Origin: Actinomycetota bacterium
Lineage (GTDB): Bacteria; Actinomycetota; Geothermincolia; Geothermincolales; RBG-13-55-18
Length of the DNA: 64,000 nucleotides
Reading direction: 5' to 3'
Assembly (NCBI GenBank): GCA_015711955.1
Contig: JACVJK010000001.1
Location: 2,966 to 66,965 of the forward strand
Shown: one piece after another, positions 34,849 to 43,695 of the stretch
How positions within the stretch are numbered: position 1 is the stretch's first letter
How the letters are laid out: each line of letters opens with the position of its first letter
Notes under the pieces: model-generated
Told to the model about the DNA's origin: nothing
What the model saw: only the letters and a program-made list of their open reading frames with translations
Databases searched by the model: none
Program-made: the position numbers and the translations under genes

Positions 34849-36129
34849 ATGATGGGAATGAGGGATGAGGCCGAATCCACGAGGCCCTCGGAAAAACGAC
34901 AGGCAAGGGAGGCGAGCGCCCTCTCTTCCCTGTTGATGCGCGACTTCCGCTTCCTCTGGGCGGGGGCCTTCGTGAGCAATGTGGGCACCTGGATCCACAA
35001 CACCGCTCTTTTCTGGCTCGTGAAGGAAAAGACGGGCTCCGACGCCTGGGTGGGGATCATCAACCTGGCCCAGTTCCTTCCCGTGTTCCTCTTGGTCCTG
35101 GCGGCGGGCTCCATGGCCGACACCTTCGACCGCAAGAAGCTGATACTTGTCACCCAAACCGCGATGATGGTGTTCGCCCTTGCCCTGGCCATCCTCTCCA
35201 CCCTCCATCTCGACAACTTGCCGGTGATCGTGACCATCACCGCCCTCATGGGCATAGCCTTCGTCTTCAACTTTCCCGCCTGGAGGGCCATCGTCACCGA
35301 CTTGGTTCCCCCCAACATGATTCTCAACGCCGTGGCCCTCGACGCCGCCCAGTTCAACATGGCCAGGTTCGTGGGCCCTATGCTGGGGGCCATTGTCCTG
35401 ACCCTGTCCGGGGCGACCCTCGCTTTCTACTTAAACGCCCTGAGCTTCCTGGCAGTGATAGCGGCCATCCTCGCCATCAGGAAAAAGACCCCTCCTCCCC
35501 GAAGGAAGGACGAGAACCTCTCCCGACATATCAGGGCGGTGTTCACTTTCACCTGGAAGAACCGTTGGGCGAGGAACCTGTTGGCGGTTATGGCGGTTTC
35601 CTCCCTCTTCGGCCTCACCTATCTCGTCGTTCTGCCAGGGATGACCAAAGACGTGCTCGGGGGCGGGTCTTCCGCCTACGGGCTCCTTTTAGGCGCCACC
35701 GGTCTGGGAGCGGCGATAGCGGCTCCCCTGGTGACCGCTTTGAATCGTAGGGTCCGGGAGACCTCGATCATCCGTTGGTCCGCCTTGACCTGCTCCATCC
35801 TGCTCATCGCCTTCGCCATCTCCCGCCATATAGTCTCCTCCGCGGCACTCAGTTTTCTCATGGGAGCGAGTTTCCTCATGCTGAGCTCCTCCATCAACGC
35901 CGTGCTTCAGTCCGGTGTAAAAAGGGACATGCGGGGGAGGATAATGAGCCTTTATATCCTCGTGTTTCAGGGTCTTTTCCCCTTGGGCGGTCTCCTCATG
36001 GGCTTCATATCTGACCGCACCAACCCGACCGACGCGCTGCTTCTGGGAGGCACGGTGTGCCTTTTCATGTCCATGATGCTGTTCCTGTTCCCGGACATCC
36101 TGGAAAGACACGATCATCTCGTCCTTTAA
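34849..36129 (+). CDS. MFS transporter
   Basis: 12 predicted transmembrane helices with the MFS fold signature (GxxxDRxGRK-like MADTFDRKKL between TM2 and TM3). 426 aa. Confidence 0.85.
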   Translation: MMGMRDEAESTRPSEKRQAREASALSSLLMRDFRFLWAGAFVSNVGTWIHNTALFWLVKEKTGSDAWVGIINLAQFLPVFLLVLAAGSMADTFDRKKLILVTQTAMMVFALALAILSTLHLDNLPVIVTITALMGIAFVFNFPAWRAIVTDLVPPNMILNAVALDAAQFNMARFVGPMLGAIVLTLSGATLAFYLNALSFLAVIAAILAIRKKTPPPRRKDENLSRHIRAVFTFTWKNRWARNLLAVMAVSSLFGLTYLVVLPGMTKDVLGGGSSAYGLLLGATGLGAAIAAPLVTALNRRVRETSIIRWSALTCSILLIAFAISRHIVSSAALSFLMGASFLMLSSSINAVLQSGVKRDMRGRIMSLYILVFQGLFPLGGLLMGFISDRTNPTDALLLGGTVCLFMSMMLFLFPDILERHDHLVL

Positions 36130-36188
36130 TAGGCGGACCGTCAGGGAAGAGGTGGGGTAGCAGAAGGCCTAGGCGGAAAGGAAAGGTG

Positions 36189-36220
36189 AAGGGGTAAGGC
36201 GCTCGCGGCCCCTTTGATCT
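36189..36220 (+). terminator. Possible intrinsic terminator after the MFS gene (AAGGGG-N14-CCCCTT hairpin plus T-containing tail)
   Basis: A hairpin 36189-36214 followed by TGATCTGAT. The T-run is weak. Confidence 0.2.
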
Positions 36221-36405
36221 GATCCCGCGTTAGAGGCCAATAGCCATCGAGGTGTCCCCTTGGCGAATTAGCTCAACGGCGAATTGGAGCTCAACATCCC
36301 GTCGATCGTTGAAAACCCTGGGAGTCACCAGATCCGCTGAGGCCTTGCCGGGCGAAGAAGCGCCTCTTGTCGCCTGGGTTTACGGAAAGTAACGGAACCA
36401 AATGC

Positions 36406-37548
36406 TCAGGAAGGGAACTCCACCATCATATCCAACACTCCGTCATTTGAAAGTTCCCAATGGACGCGGGAACTGTCCCGTCCCATAGCCAGCTCGTACA
36501 GGGCCTGGGCCATCCCCACGCATAAATAAGGCATACAGGAGTTCACCAGTTTGACCCGCAACCGCCTTTCGTCCGCCGCGAACTCCGCCACGTAACCCAG
36601 CCCTCGCAAGGCGGCCATGCGGGCGAAGGCGCTCCTCTCACGGCGCCAATCCTCCTTGGCCGCCATCGACTTCACGAACCGGCGTTGGGCCTCCACCACC
36701 GCCATGGGGATCTCCTGACCTAACTCCTCCTCTAAGTCAGCGATCACGGAATCCACGGCATGAGGACCGAAGATGGCCATCCTCCTTCCAGTCTCGCGGT
36801 CCTGGATAACCCCCCTTTCCAAGTCCCAATCCATCTTCTCGAGCTCCCGGGGTACCCCGCAACGCTCGCATCTGTCCAGTCTCATGTCACCGCCCCTGAA
36901 GGGATATCTCCTGCGGCGCAGCCGGTCGCGCAGCTCCACCGGGTGGTCGGCGGGAAAGACGCTGAAGAGCCAGACGTCATCCCCCTCCGGCTCGTAACGC
37001 ACCCACATGTCCCTGCACTCGAACGCTTCCACCGTGGCCAGGATCTCAGCCGCGTAAAACAGCACGGAGTAAGGCTTCCTCACCGGTATCACTCTCCAAG
37101 GGTGCACGTCGTGCTCTTCCCAGAGGGGACCCCAAAGGGCCTCACCATATCCGTAGACCTTGCCTACCTGAAAAGCCTTGCCAGCTACTGCCTTGCCAAT
37201 GGGGTTTCTTATGAGATGGCCCCAACGACGAAACGCCGGGAGGCCGCTCAGTCCCTCGTTGAGCCGCATGAGGAATCTCCTGGCCCAGGAGGGAAAGACG
37301 CTTTCCATGTAGCGTCGCACCTCTCGGCGACGGCTCTCGATAACGATGTGCTCGATGGGAAGGCCGATGAGCTCCTCTATACCCCTGAAAACGCCGTCCA
37401 GGACTTGGGACTCGTAAATCACTAGGCGGTTGCGGGAGGACCGCCGCAGGTAAATCACCCCGTCCGACCCCCATTCCAGCTCCCTGCCGATGAAGGCGGG
37501 CACTCCGCACCCCGGACACCTAGAAGCGTAGTCCACGGCCACCTCCAC
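36406..37548 (-). CDS. Hypothetical protein built from two homologous ~190-aa modules, each starting with a CxxCGVP motif
   Basis: RCPGCGVPAFIGRELEWGSDGVI (residues ~10-32) aligns with RCERCGVPRELEKMDWDLERGVI (residues ~245-268). No family recognised. 380 aa. Confidence 0.5.
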   Translation of the reverse strand: MEVAVDYASRCPGCGVPAFIGRELEWGSDGVIYLRRSSRNRLVIYESQVLDGVFRGIEELIGLPIEHIVIESRRREVRRYMESVFPSWARRFLMRLNEGLSGLPAFRRWGHLIRNPIGKAVAGKAFQVGKVYGYGEALWGPLWEEHDVHPWRVIPVRKPYSVLFYAAEILATVEAFECRDMWVRYEPEGDDVWLFSVFPADHPVELRDRLRRRRYPFRGGDMRLDRCERCGVPRELEKMDWDLERGVIQDRETGRRMAIFGPHAVDSVIADLEEELGQEIPMAVVEAQRRFVKSMAAKEDWRRERSAFARMAALRGLGYVAEFAADERRLRVKLVNSCMPYLCVGMAQALYELAMGRDSSRVHWELSNDGVLDMMVEFPS

Positions 37549-37957
37549 TTAACTTATTTAACTTATAAGTAACATCATGAGATAATTCCATACCATTGCC
37601 CGAGTTCCTTCACGCCCATATTCCTGACCTCATGAATATTTATGTTATCTTCATCCCCGACAAATTTCCTCCGCCACTTGTAAAAACCCACCAATGGGTT
37701 CCGGCGAGGAGCCCCTTAGGTGGATTGCGGGCCTTTCTTGCGATTGGCTTTCTAAGGCAGCGCATCCCCTCCCAGGGGCGAACCACGGAGGCTTAGGGGT
37801 GGCGGGAACAGGGAGTGCCGAGGCAAATGGGCTGAGTCCGCCGACGATATCCAGGGACTCGCACCCGGACCTTGCCTAGATGGATCGATAGCGGGCGAAA
37901 ACGGCAATTCGCCGCCAACTTGCCGGCCCACCCAAAGATTTCATCCTGGCCAAGAAC

Positions 37958-37983
37958 CAAAAAGAAAAGGCCCTGAGGGCCTT
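37958..37983 (-). terminator. Rho-independent terminator downstream of tRNA-Glu (GGCCC-TCA-GGGCC hairpin then UUUUCUUUUU on the minus strand)
   Basis: Plus strand AAAAAGAAAAGGCCCTGAGGGCC ends 5 nt before the tRNA 3' end. Confidence 0.65.
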
Positions 37984-37987
37984 ATTT

Positions 37988-38065
37988 GTGGTAGCGCATG
38001 CGGGATTCGAACCCGCGATCTCCGCCTTGAGAGGGCGGCGTCCTAGGCCAACTAGACTAATGCGC
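37988..38065 (-). tRNA. tRNA-Glu (anticodon CUC)
   Basis: Hand-folded cloverleaf: 7-bp acceptor stem (G1-U72 wobble), tRNA-Glu-like D-arm UAGUCUAGUUGGCCUAGGAC, anticodon stem CCGCC/GGCGG with loop CUCUCAA, T-arm GCGGGTTCGAATCCCGC, encoded CCA. Confidence 0.75.
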
Positions 38066-38084
38066 CACGCATTATCCTATTCAG

Positions 38085-38158
38085 TTGGCTGGGGGAGAAG
38101 GATTCGAACCCTCACAACGAGATCCAGAGTCTCGCGTCCTACCATTAGACGATCCCCC
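38085..38158 (-). tRNA. tRNA-Gln (anticodon CUG)
   Basis: Starts UGGGGGA, ends UCCCCCA-G-CCA (U1-A72 and G73 discriminator are typical of tRNA-Gln). Anticodon stem CGAGA/TCTCG with loop CTCTGGA. T-arm GAGGGTTCGAATCCTTC. Confidence 0.85.
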
Positions 38159-38318
38159 AGTCTTCCGGGATGGTATGATAGCACAACTTCCCGTTTTGCT
38201 CAACGCCCCCCAACCCTTTACCTGCCTAAAGCGCCCACCGAAAAGGTGTAGCAAACCGTTCTTGGTCGAATCAGCCAAATGGAATCAGCCAAATGAGATG
38301 ACTTCCAAAACGACCCTC

Positions 38319-39776
38319 TCATAGACTTTCCATGGCCCGGGCAATCCTCTGCAGGCATCTCTCCCTGCCCAGAAGCTCCATGGACTCAAAAAGTGGGGGA
38401 CTAACCTTCCTGCCGGTGATGGCCACCCTTATGGGCTGAAATGCCTGGCGAGGTTTGAGTCCCAAACGCTCAGCCATCTCCCGGAGGGTCGTCTCTATGT
38501 GGGGGGCGGTGAACTCCTTCAGCTCCAGCAAACCCTTTCCCGCCTCCCGCAGCACCCGTTCGCTCACCTCATCCTCCAGCACTGTACGAGCGTCATCCTC
38601 GATATCCACCTCTTGAAACAAGAAGCGGACCAGATGCACCGCGTCACCCAGCACCTTTATCCTCTCCCGCAGCAGGGGGGTGGCTTTTAACAACACCTCG
38701 AAGGCCTTTTGGTCGTCGTCCTTCACCAGGCCGGCCCTCACCAAAAAGGGGAACACCCTTTCCGCCAGCTCCCGGTCCCCAAGGGCCATGATGTACTGGG
38801 AATTCATCCAAAGCAGCTTGTCCTCATCCCAAACCGCAGGCTTGCTGCTAACCCTTTCCAGGCTGAAGTTCTCTATGAGGGTCCTGCGATCCATGATGGT
38901 GGTGGAATCATCCAGGCTCCAACCCAAAAGCGCCAAGAAGTTGACCATGGCCTCCGGCAGATAGCCCTTTTCCCGGAAGCTGCCCACCGATACGTCCCCA
39001 TGCCTTTTGGAAAGGGGTCGGCCGTCCCTCGCCACGATCATGGGAAGATGGGCGAAGGCGGGCGGCTCGGCGCCCAGGGCACGGTACAACAATATCTGTT
39101 TTGGAGTGTTGGACAGGTGATCGTCCCCTCGCACCACGTGGGTTATCTCCATATCCAGGTCGTCCACCACCACCGCCAGGTTGTATGTGGCGCTCCCATC
39201 GCTGCGCAGGAGCACGAAATCCTCGATGTCCCGGTTACGGAAGGTAATCTCGCCCCTGACCAAGTCGGTGAAGGTCACCTCGCCCTCGGGGACGAGGAAA
39301 CGGAGGGCATAAGGAATCCCGCTGCGTATCCGGGCCTCCCTCTCCGCCTCGGAAAGGGAGAGGCAGCGCCGGTCATACATGGGGCTCCTGCCCTCCTTGA
39401 GGGCTTCGCGGCGTCTCTCCGCCAGTTCCTCCGGCTCACAGAAACAAGGATAGGCTTTTCCGTCCCGCAGCAAGCGCATGGCCGCGTCCCGATACAGGGC
39501 ATACCTGCCCGTCTGCCGGTAGGGAAAATGCCTCCCCCCCACCTCAGGACCTTCATCCCAATCCAGACCTAACCAGCGCAGGTCCTCCATGATGGCCTGG
39601 ATGGCCTCCTCGGTGGAACGGGAGATGTCCGTATCCTCGATGCGCAGGATGAAGCTACCTTGGTGCCTCCTGGCCAAAAGCCAGTTGTACAGCGCCGTTC
39701 TGGCGCCCCCCACGTGAAGATATCCCGTGGGGCTAGGTGCGAACCTCAAGCGCACTACCATCCCTCCTCTTTTCAA
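38319..39776 (-). CDS. gltX: Glutamyl-tRNA synthetase
   Basis: RFAPSPTGYLHVGGARTALYNWL (HIGH region) and a KMSKR-like LSKRHG motif. 485 aa. Immediately upstream of its tRNA-Gln/tRNA-Glu substrates. Confidence 0.9.
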   Translation of the reverse strand: MKRGGMVVRLRFAPSPTGYLHVGGARTALYNWLLARRHQGSFILRIEDTDISRSTEEAIQAIMEDLRWLGLDWDEGPEVGGRHFPYRQTGRYALYRDAAMRLLRDGKAYPCFCEPEELAERRREALKEGRSPMYDRRCLSLSEAEREARIRSGIPYALRFLVPEGEVTFTDLVRGEITFRNRDIEDFVLLRSDGSATYNLAVVVDDLDMEITHVVRGDDHLSNTPKQILLYRALGAEPPAFAHLPMIVARDGRPLSKRHGDVSVGSFREKGYLPEAMVNFLALLGWSLDDSTTIMDRRTLIENFSLERVSSKPAVWDEDKLLWMNSQYIMALGDRELAERVFPFLVRAGLVKDDDQKAFEVLLKATPLLRERIKVLGDAVHLVRFLFQEVDIEDDARTVLEDEVSERVLREAGKGLLELKEFTAPHIETTLREMAERLGLKPRQAFQPIRVAITGRKVSPPLFESMELLGRERCLQRIARAMESL

Positions 39777-39841
39777 GGGTGGAAAACGGGAAATATGCTA
39801 ACACATCCGAACGACTTTCCGAAGGCGTTCCCTCTTTTTCC

Positions 39842-40747
39842 TCAAGAATCGGCCGGCGGGGACAAGGATGGAATGGGGGTCTCGGCCTTTTCAATAGCCA
39901 ACCAAGTCCGGGTCCACAACACGGACTTGAAGGCCTGCACCAGCGTTTGGCCCGCCAAAAGGAGAGAGGCCAAGAGCGCGTAGAAGAGCAAGGGGGGGAG
40001 CGCTCGGATCACCGGAACCCCCAACAGCCTGCCCAGACCCCTTCCCATCCACGGGAGTATGGCTGCAAACATCCAAGCGGGAAGGATAAAAGCGACATCC
40101 GCTATCAAGGCCCAAAACCAAGTCATCACACACTTTGCAGGCGAACCTCGCGCCTTCTCCCACCCCTTACTCCACGCCTCCAAAGGCTCTTTCAACCCAA
40201 GCACCGACTCCCTGGCCGCCAGACGGACCAAAGCGGCAGCTGGCCCGTATAACAAAAACAAAAGCGACCCCCATATCCCTATGAAAAGGAGGTAAAGTGG
40301 CCAGAGTCGCAGGCGAGGATCAAAACGGCTCCACGAGTACACGATACGAGCGGGAACCGATATCACGAACAGCCGCGCCAATTCGTAAGGAAGATAGGTC
40401 AAGGCCAGGGGAAGATAGCGCCGTTTCACGCCACGAACCGTCGTCATGAGACCGGGGGTATCCTTGATTCCCGAGGCCTGTCCGATGAGCGCCATCTCCC
40501 CCAAGACGCCAAGGGCCCGCAGCACGAGGAAGGAAAGGATGATAGCCAGGACTCCCAGCATGGACCCAGAGGTCCCCCCCACTATATTCCCTGCTTTCTC
40601 CCCCACCCAGAGGGGATCCCATCCAAAAAGGGCCCGCCAGGACTCGGAAAGCCCGAACGAGACCAAAATCGCCGCCGGCCAAAGCCGCTTTTCGGTCAAA
40701 ACGAGGCGGAGCGCCTCCCGAACCTCATTGAACTCCCGCAATCTCAT
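39842..40747 (-). CDS. Hypothetical integral membrane protein
   Basis: 301 aa with ~7 hydrophobic segments. No family recognised. Confidence 0.5.
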   Translation of the reverse strand: MRLREFNEVREALRLVLTEKRLWPAAILVSFGLSESWRALFGWDPLWVGEKAGNIVGGTSGSMLGVLAIILSFLVLRALGVLGEMALIGQASGIKDTPGLMTTVRGVKRRYLPLALTYLPYELARLFVISVPARIVYSWSRFDPRLRLWPLYLLFIGIWGSLLFLLYGPAAALVRLAARESVLGLKEPLEAWSKGWEKARGSPAKCVMTWFWALIADVAFILPAWMFAAILPWMGRGLGRLLGVPVIRALPPLLFYALLASLLLAGQTLVQAFKSVLWTRTWLAIEKAETPIPSLSPPADS

Positions 40748-41020
40748 GGGATCCTGTCTACCCTTGCCCTAATCCTTTCCGCAAGGTGAATTCACTCCTG
40801 CACGAACCCACCATGGGGTTTAGGAAATGACGAGAAGCCTCATATCCGCCGTCGGAAAGGTTTCCGAGACTTTCCCGGAACATAGTTGGATTTCCACAAA
40901 GGGTTTATGGTTCCCTTCCGACGAGAGGCGATCGCCTCGGAAGACATTGGGAAGGATTTTTCAAAGCGTAATTCCCCGGTTAAAATGAATTCGTGACCGG
41001 CTGCGCGAGAAGGGGGGGCA

Positions 41021-42679
41021 ATGCCGCAGTTCACCATGCTTTTCGGACTTGCTGCCATGATCACGTGTTTTTACCTGTTCTTCGTTCTCTTGCGGCGACC
41101 AAACGTGCGCCAAGACCAACTCTTCCTCGCCCTGTCCCTTTTGATATTGGGGTTTTGGGTTATCGTCAACTTCGTCCACAACCTCTTCCCTAACCCTACT
41201 CCCTCGTTACATTCCATCGTTACATTCCAATACCGCGCCATCTTCTCCCTGGAAAGTCTAGCCGTGGCCTTCCTGCTCCTCTTCGGTATGTCGTACTTTC
41301 TGGGCAGGGATTTGAAAAAGAAGGTGGTGGCAGGCCTGCTCGCCATTGCACTGATACTGGCAGGGGTCAACGCCACGGACCTGGTGATCAGGGAAGGCAA
41401 TCTGGTAGGCTACACCCCTTTGGGTTCCAAGTTCACTCAAGAGGAAGGTCCCCTGTACCCCCTTTCCGTGACTATAATGGGTGGGGGCGCGCTGCTTTTC
41501 GTTGCCTTGATTTTTCTCAAATGGAGAAGATCGCGGGGGATCGAGCGCCACAGGAGCGCTTATATCCTCTGGGGTTTCGGGACCTACATCCCCGTTTTCA
41601 TCGTCTTTTCGGGAATCATCACCGCCTTGGCCAGCCATGACGTCATCTCCGACTACCTCTTCGCCCTCTCCGTGGTCCCCTACTGGATGACGGCCTATTC
41701 CCTGACCCGCTACCGTTTGATGGACGTGAGGCTGGCAGCTCGCAGGGTGATCTCTCGCTTATTGGCATTGTTTCTCCTCTCGCTCCCCCCCTTCTTGGTC
41801 TTTTCTTTCTTGGGAACTTGGTTGGCGGAAAGACCCAATACCACGGCGGTGATATTCATAGGTTATCTGGGTTTTTCCATCCCCCTGGCACCACCGCTCC
41901 ATCGCTTCCTCGAAAAGGCGGTTTCCCGAACCGTGTTCCCGGGTATTTTCGACGCGGAAAATATCGCCTTTCAAGCCTCCCAGGCCATCGCCCTCGAGGG
42001 CGATCCCCGCAGAGGTTTGGAGAAAGCTTTGCGAAAGGTGGCGGAGATCCTCCGGCTCGACCTTCTGATCATAAGGCTCTACCCTGACGGGGAGACCATG
42101 CTCGAACTGGGATGGCGCAGGGCCGGAAGTGGATGGGAAAAAGTGGAAAGATGGTGGAGGCGTCCAAGGGCTTCCTCGCCGGAAACCACCCCTCAGGACG
42201 GCGACACCGCGCTCGGCGACAAGGGGAAAGAACAGGAACGGATATTCAAGGAGCCGCTCAGAGGCCTAGTCGGTGAGTGCGGCCTTCTTTGGGCGGAGAA
42301 GAACGCCGGACTTGAGCCTTTGGATTTGGACCTACTCATCCTGCTGTCCCGCAATCTTGGCCTGGCGGTGGAGAACCAGCTACAACATATCCGTTACCTG
42401 GCCCAGCTTGACCGGTTGAAAAGGGTCCAGCAGGCCCTCACCCGATCAAGCCGCATGAGCGGGGAGATTGTATTGGTGGCCTCCCACGAACTGAAGACCC
42501 CTCTCACCGTGCTGTACGGAATCTCGGCCCTATCCTCCGGAGAAGCTACAAGGGGATCGCCTGCCTTGGAAGGAATTCGCCGGGAATCCGAGAGGCTCCG
42601 ATCCGTGGCCGAGGAATTCGAGAGAACAGCCCTCTGGGAAGAGGGCTCTATGCTGGGGACTCAAAAAAACGTCCAATGA
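41021..42679 (+). CDS. Sensor histidine kinase, C-terminally truncated (membrane sensor plus HisKA H-box; HATPase_c missing or degenerate)
   Basis: Multi-transmembrane N-terminus, then an H-box VASHELKTPLTVLYGI near residue 470. Only ~75 residues follow before an in-frame TGA at 42677-42679. In the same frame, after the stop, the sequence 42731-42967 encodes PMGLGLIATAKGRENSG, a remnant of the G2 box. Confidence 0.65.
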   Translation: MPQFTMLFGLAAMITCFYLFFVLLRRPNVRQDQLFLALSLLILGFWVIVNFVHNLFPNPTPSLHSIVTFQYRAIFSLESLAVAFLLLFGMSYFLGRDLKKKVVAGLLAIALILAGVNATDLVIREGNLVGYTPLGSKFTQEEGPLYPLSVTIMGGGALLFVALIFLKWRRSRGIERHRSAYILWGFGTYIPVFIVFSGIITALASHDVISDYLFALSVVPYWMTAYSLTRYRLMDVRLAARRVISRLLALFLLSLPPFLVFSFLGTWLAERPNTTAVIFIGYLGFSIPLAPPLHRFLEKAVSRTVFPGIFDAENIAFQASQAIALEGDPRRGLEKALRKVAEILRLDLLIIRLYPDGETMLELGWRRAGSGWEKVERWWRRPRASSPETTPQDGDTALGDKGKEQERIFKEPLRGLVGECGLLWAEKNAGLEPLDLDLLILLSRNLGLAVENQLQHIRYLAQLDRLKRVQQALTRSSRMSGEIVLVASHELKTPLTVLYGISALSSGEATRGSPALEGIRRESERLRSVAEEFERTALWEEGSMLGTQKNVQ

Positions 42680-42845
42680 TCCCTCGGGAAACCAATTTCA
42701 AGGATACCCGAGGGCGAGCGATCTGGGAGAATGCCGGGACGAGGCCCCCGAGCACCTATGGGCCTCGGGCTCATCGCCACCGCCAAAGGGCGAGAAAATT
42801 CCGGAAACCCAGCGCCGATGTACAGGTCCTTTAAAAGGCTGTCCC

Positions 42846-43622
42846 CTAACGCCCCGTCGAGGGCTCGGGCGCGCTCACCTTGTTGGAGAGCCTTCCTATT
42901 CCCTCTATCTCCACCTCCACCAAGTCCCCGGGACGCATCTCCCCCACCCCGGCGGGGGTGCCGGTGAGGATGACGTCGCCCGGATACAAGGTCATGACGC
43001 GGGAAACGAAGCTCAGTAGATAGTCCGGACCGAATACCATGGCCGAGGTACGGGAGGCCTGTCGCAGTTCACCGTTGAGATAAAGCCTGACCTCCAAATC
43101 GGAGGGATCCACCTCCGTCTCTATCCAGGGACCCAAGGGGCAGAAAGTGTCGAATCCCTTTGCCCTAGTCCACTGCCCGTCCTTGACCTGTAAGTCGCGG
43201 GCAGTGACGTCATTGGCGCAGGTGTACCCCAGGATTTGACCTCCCGCCTCCTCTACCGACAAGTCCTTGCACTCCCCGGCCACCACGATGGCCAATTCCG
43301 CCTCGTAGTCCACCCTCTGGCTCATCTTCGGGTATAAGATGGTGCCGCCGTGGGGAAGGAGAGAGGAGGGTGGCTTCATGAAAAGCACGGGCTCTTCCGG
43401 GAGGGGCATTCCCAACTCCTCGGCATGATCCCTGTAGTTGAGGCCCACGGCCACGATCTTCTGGGGGAAGACGGGAGGGAGGAGTTCAACCTCCTCAAGT
43501 CTTACGCCATACCCCAGCTCCCGAATGCCCTGAAAAGGTGTCCCCTCTATCTCCCTCAGGATCTCGTTTTCGAGGATCCCGTAACGTATCCTTCCGCGAT
43601 AAAGGTATCTCGCCAGCCTCAA
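42846..43622 (-). CDS. Fumarylacetoacetate hydrolase (FAH) family protein
   Basis: Conserved FAH core (VGLNYRDHAEE...YEAELAIVVAG...GTPAGVG). 258 aa. Confidence 0.85.
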   Translation of the reverse strand: MRLARYLYRGRIRYGILENEILREIEGTPFQGIRELGYGVRLEEVELLPPVFPQKIVAVGLNYRDHAEELGMPLPEEPVLFMKPPSSLLPHGGTILYPKMSQRVDYEAELAIVVAGECKDLSVEEAGGQILGYTCANDVTARDLQVKDGQWTRAKGFDTFCPLGPWIETEVDPSDLEVRLYLNGELRQASRTSAMVFGPDYLLSFVSRVMTLYPGDVILTGTPAGVGEMRPGDLVEVEIEGIGRLSNKVSAPEPSTGR

Positions 43623-43695
43623 TCGCGTATACCTCCGACGGGGTCAGCCCTCATACCAAGATGTTGTCAAAAACCCAATCGGGTCGCGCCTCAGC

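Noticed and set aside
42731-42967. 78-aa ORF after the histidine kinase stop, considered as a separate small gene
   Set aside because: It is in the same frame as the kinase, carries a G2-box-like GLGL remnant, and overlaps the convergent FAH gene. It is interpreted as a decayed kinase 3' end, not an independent gene.
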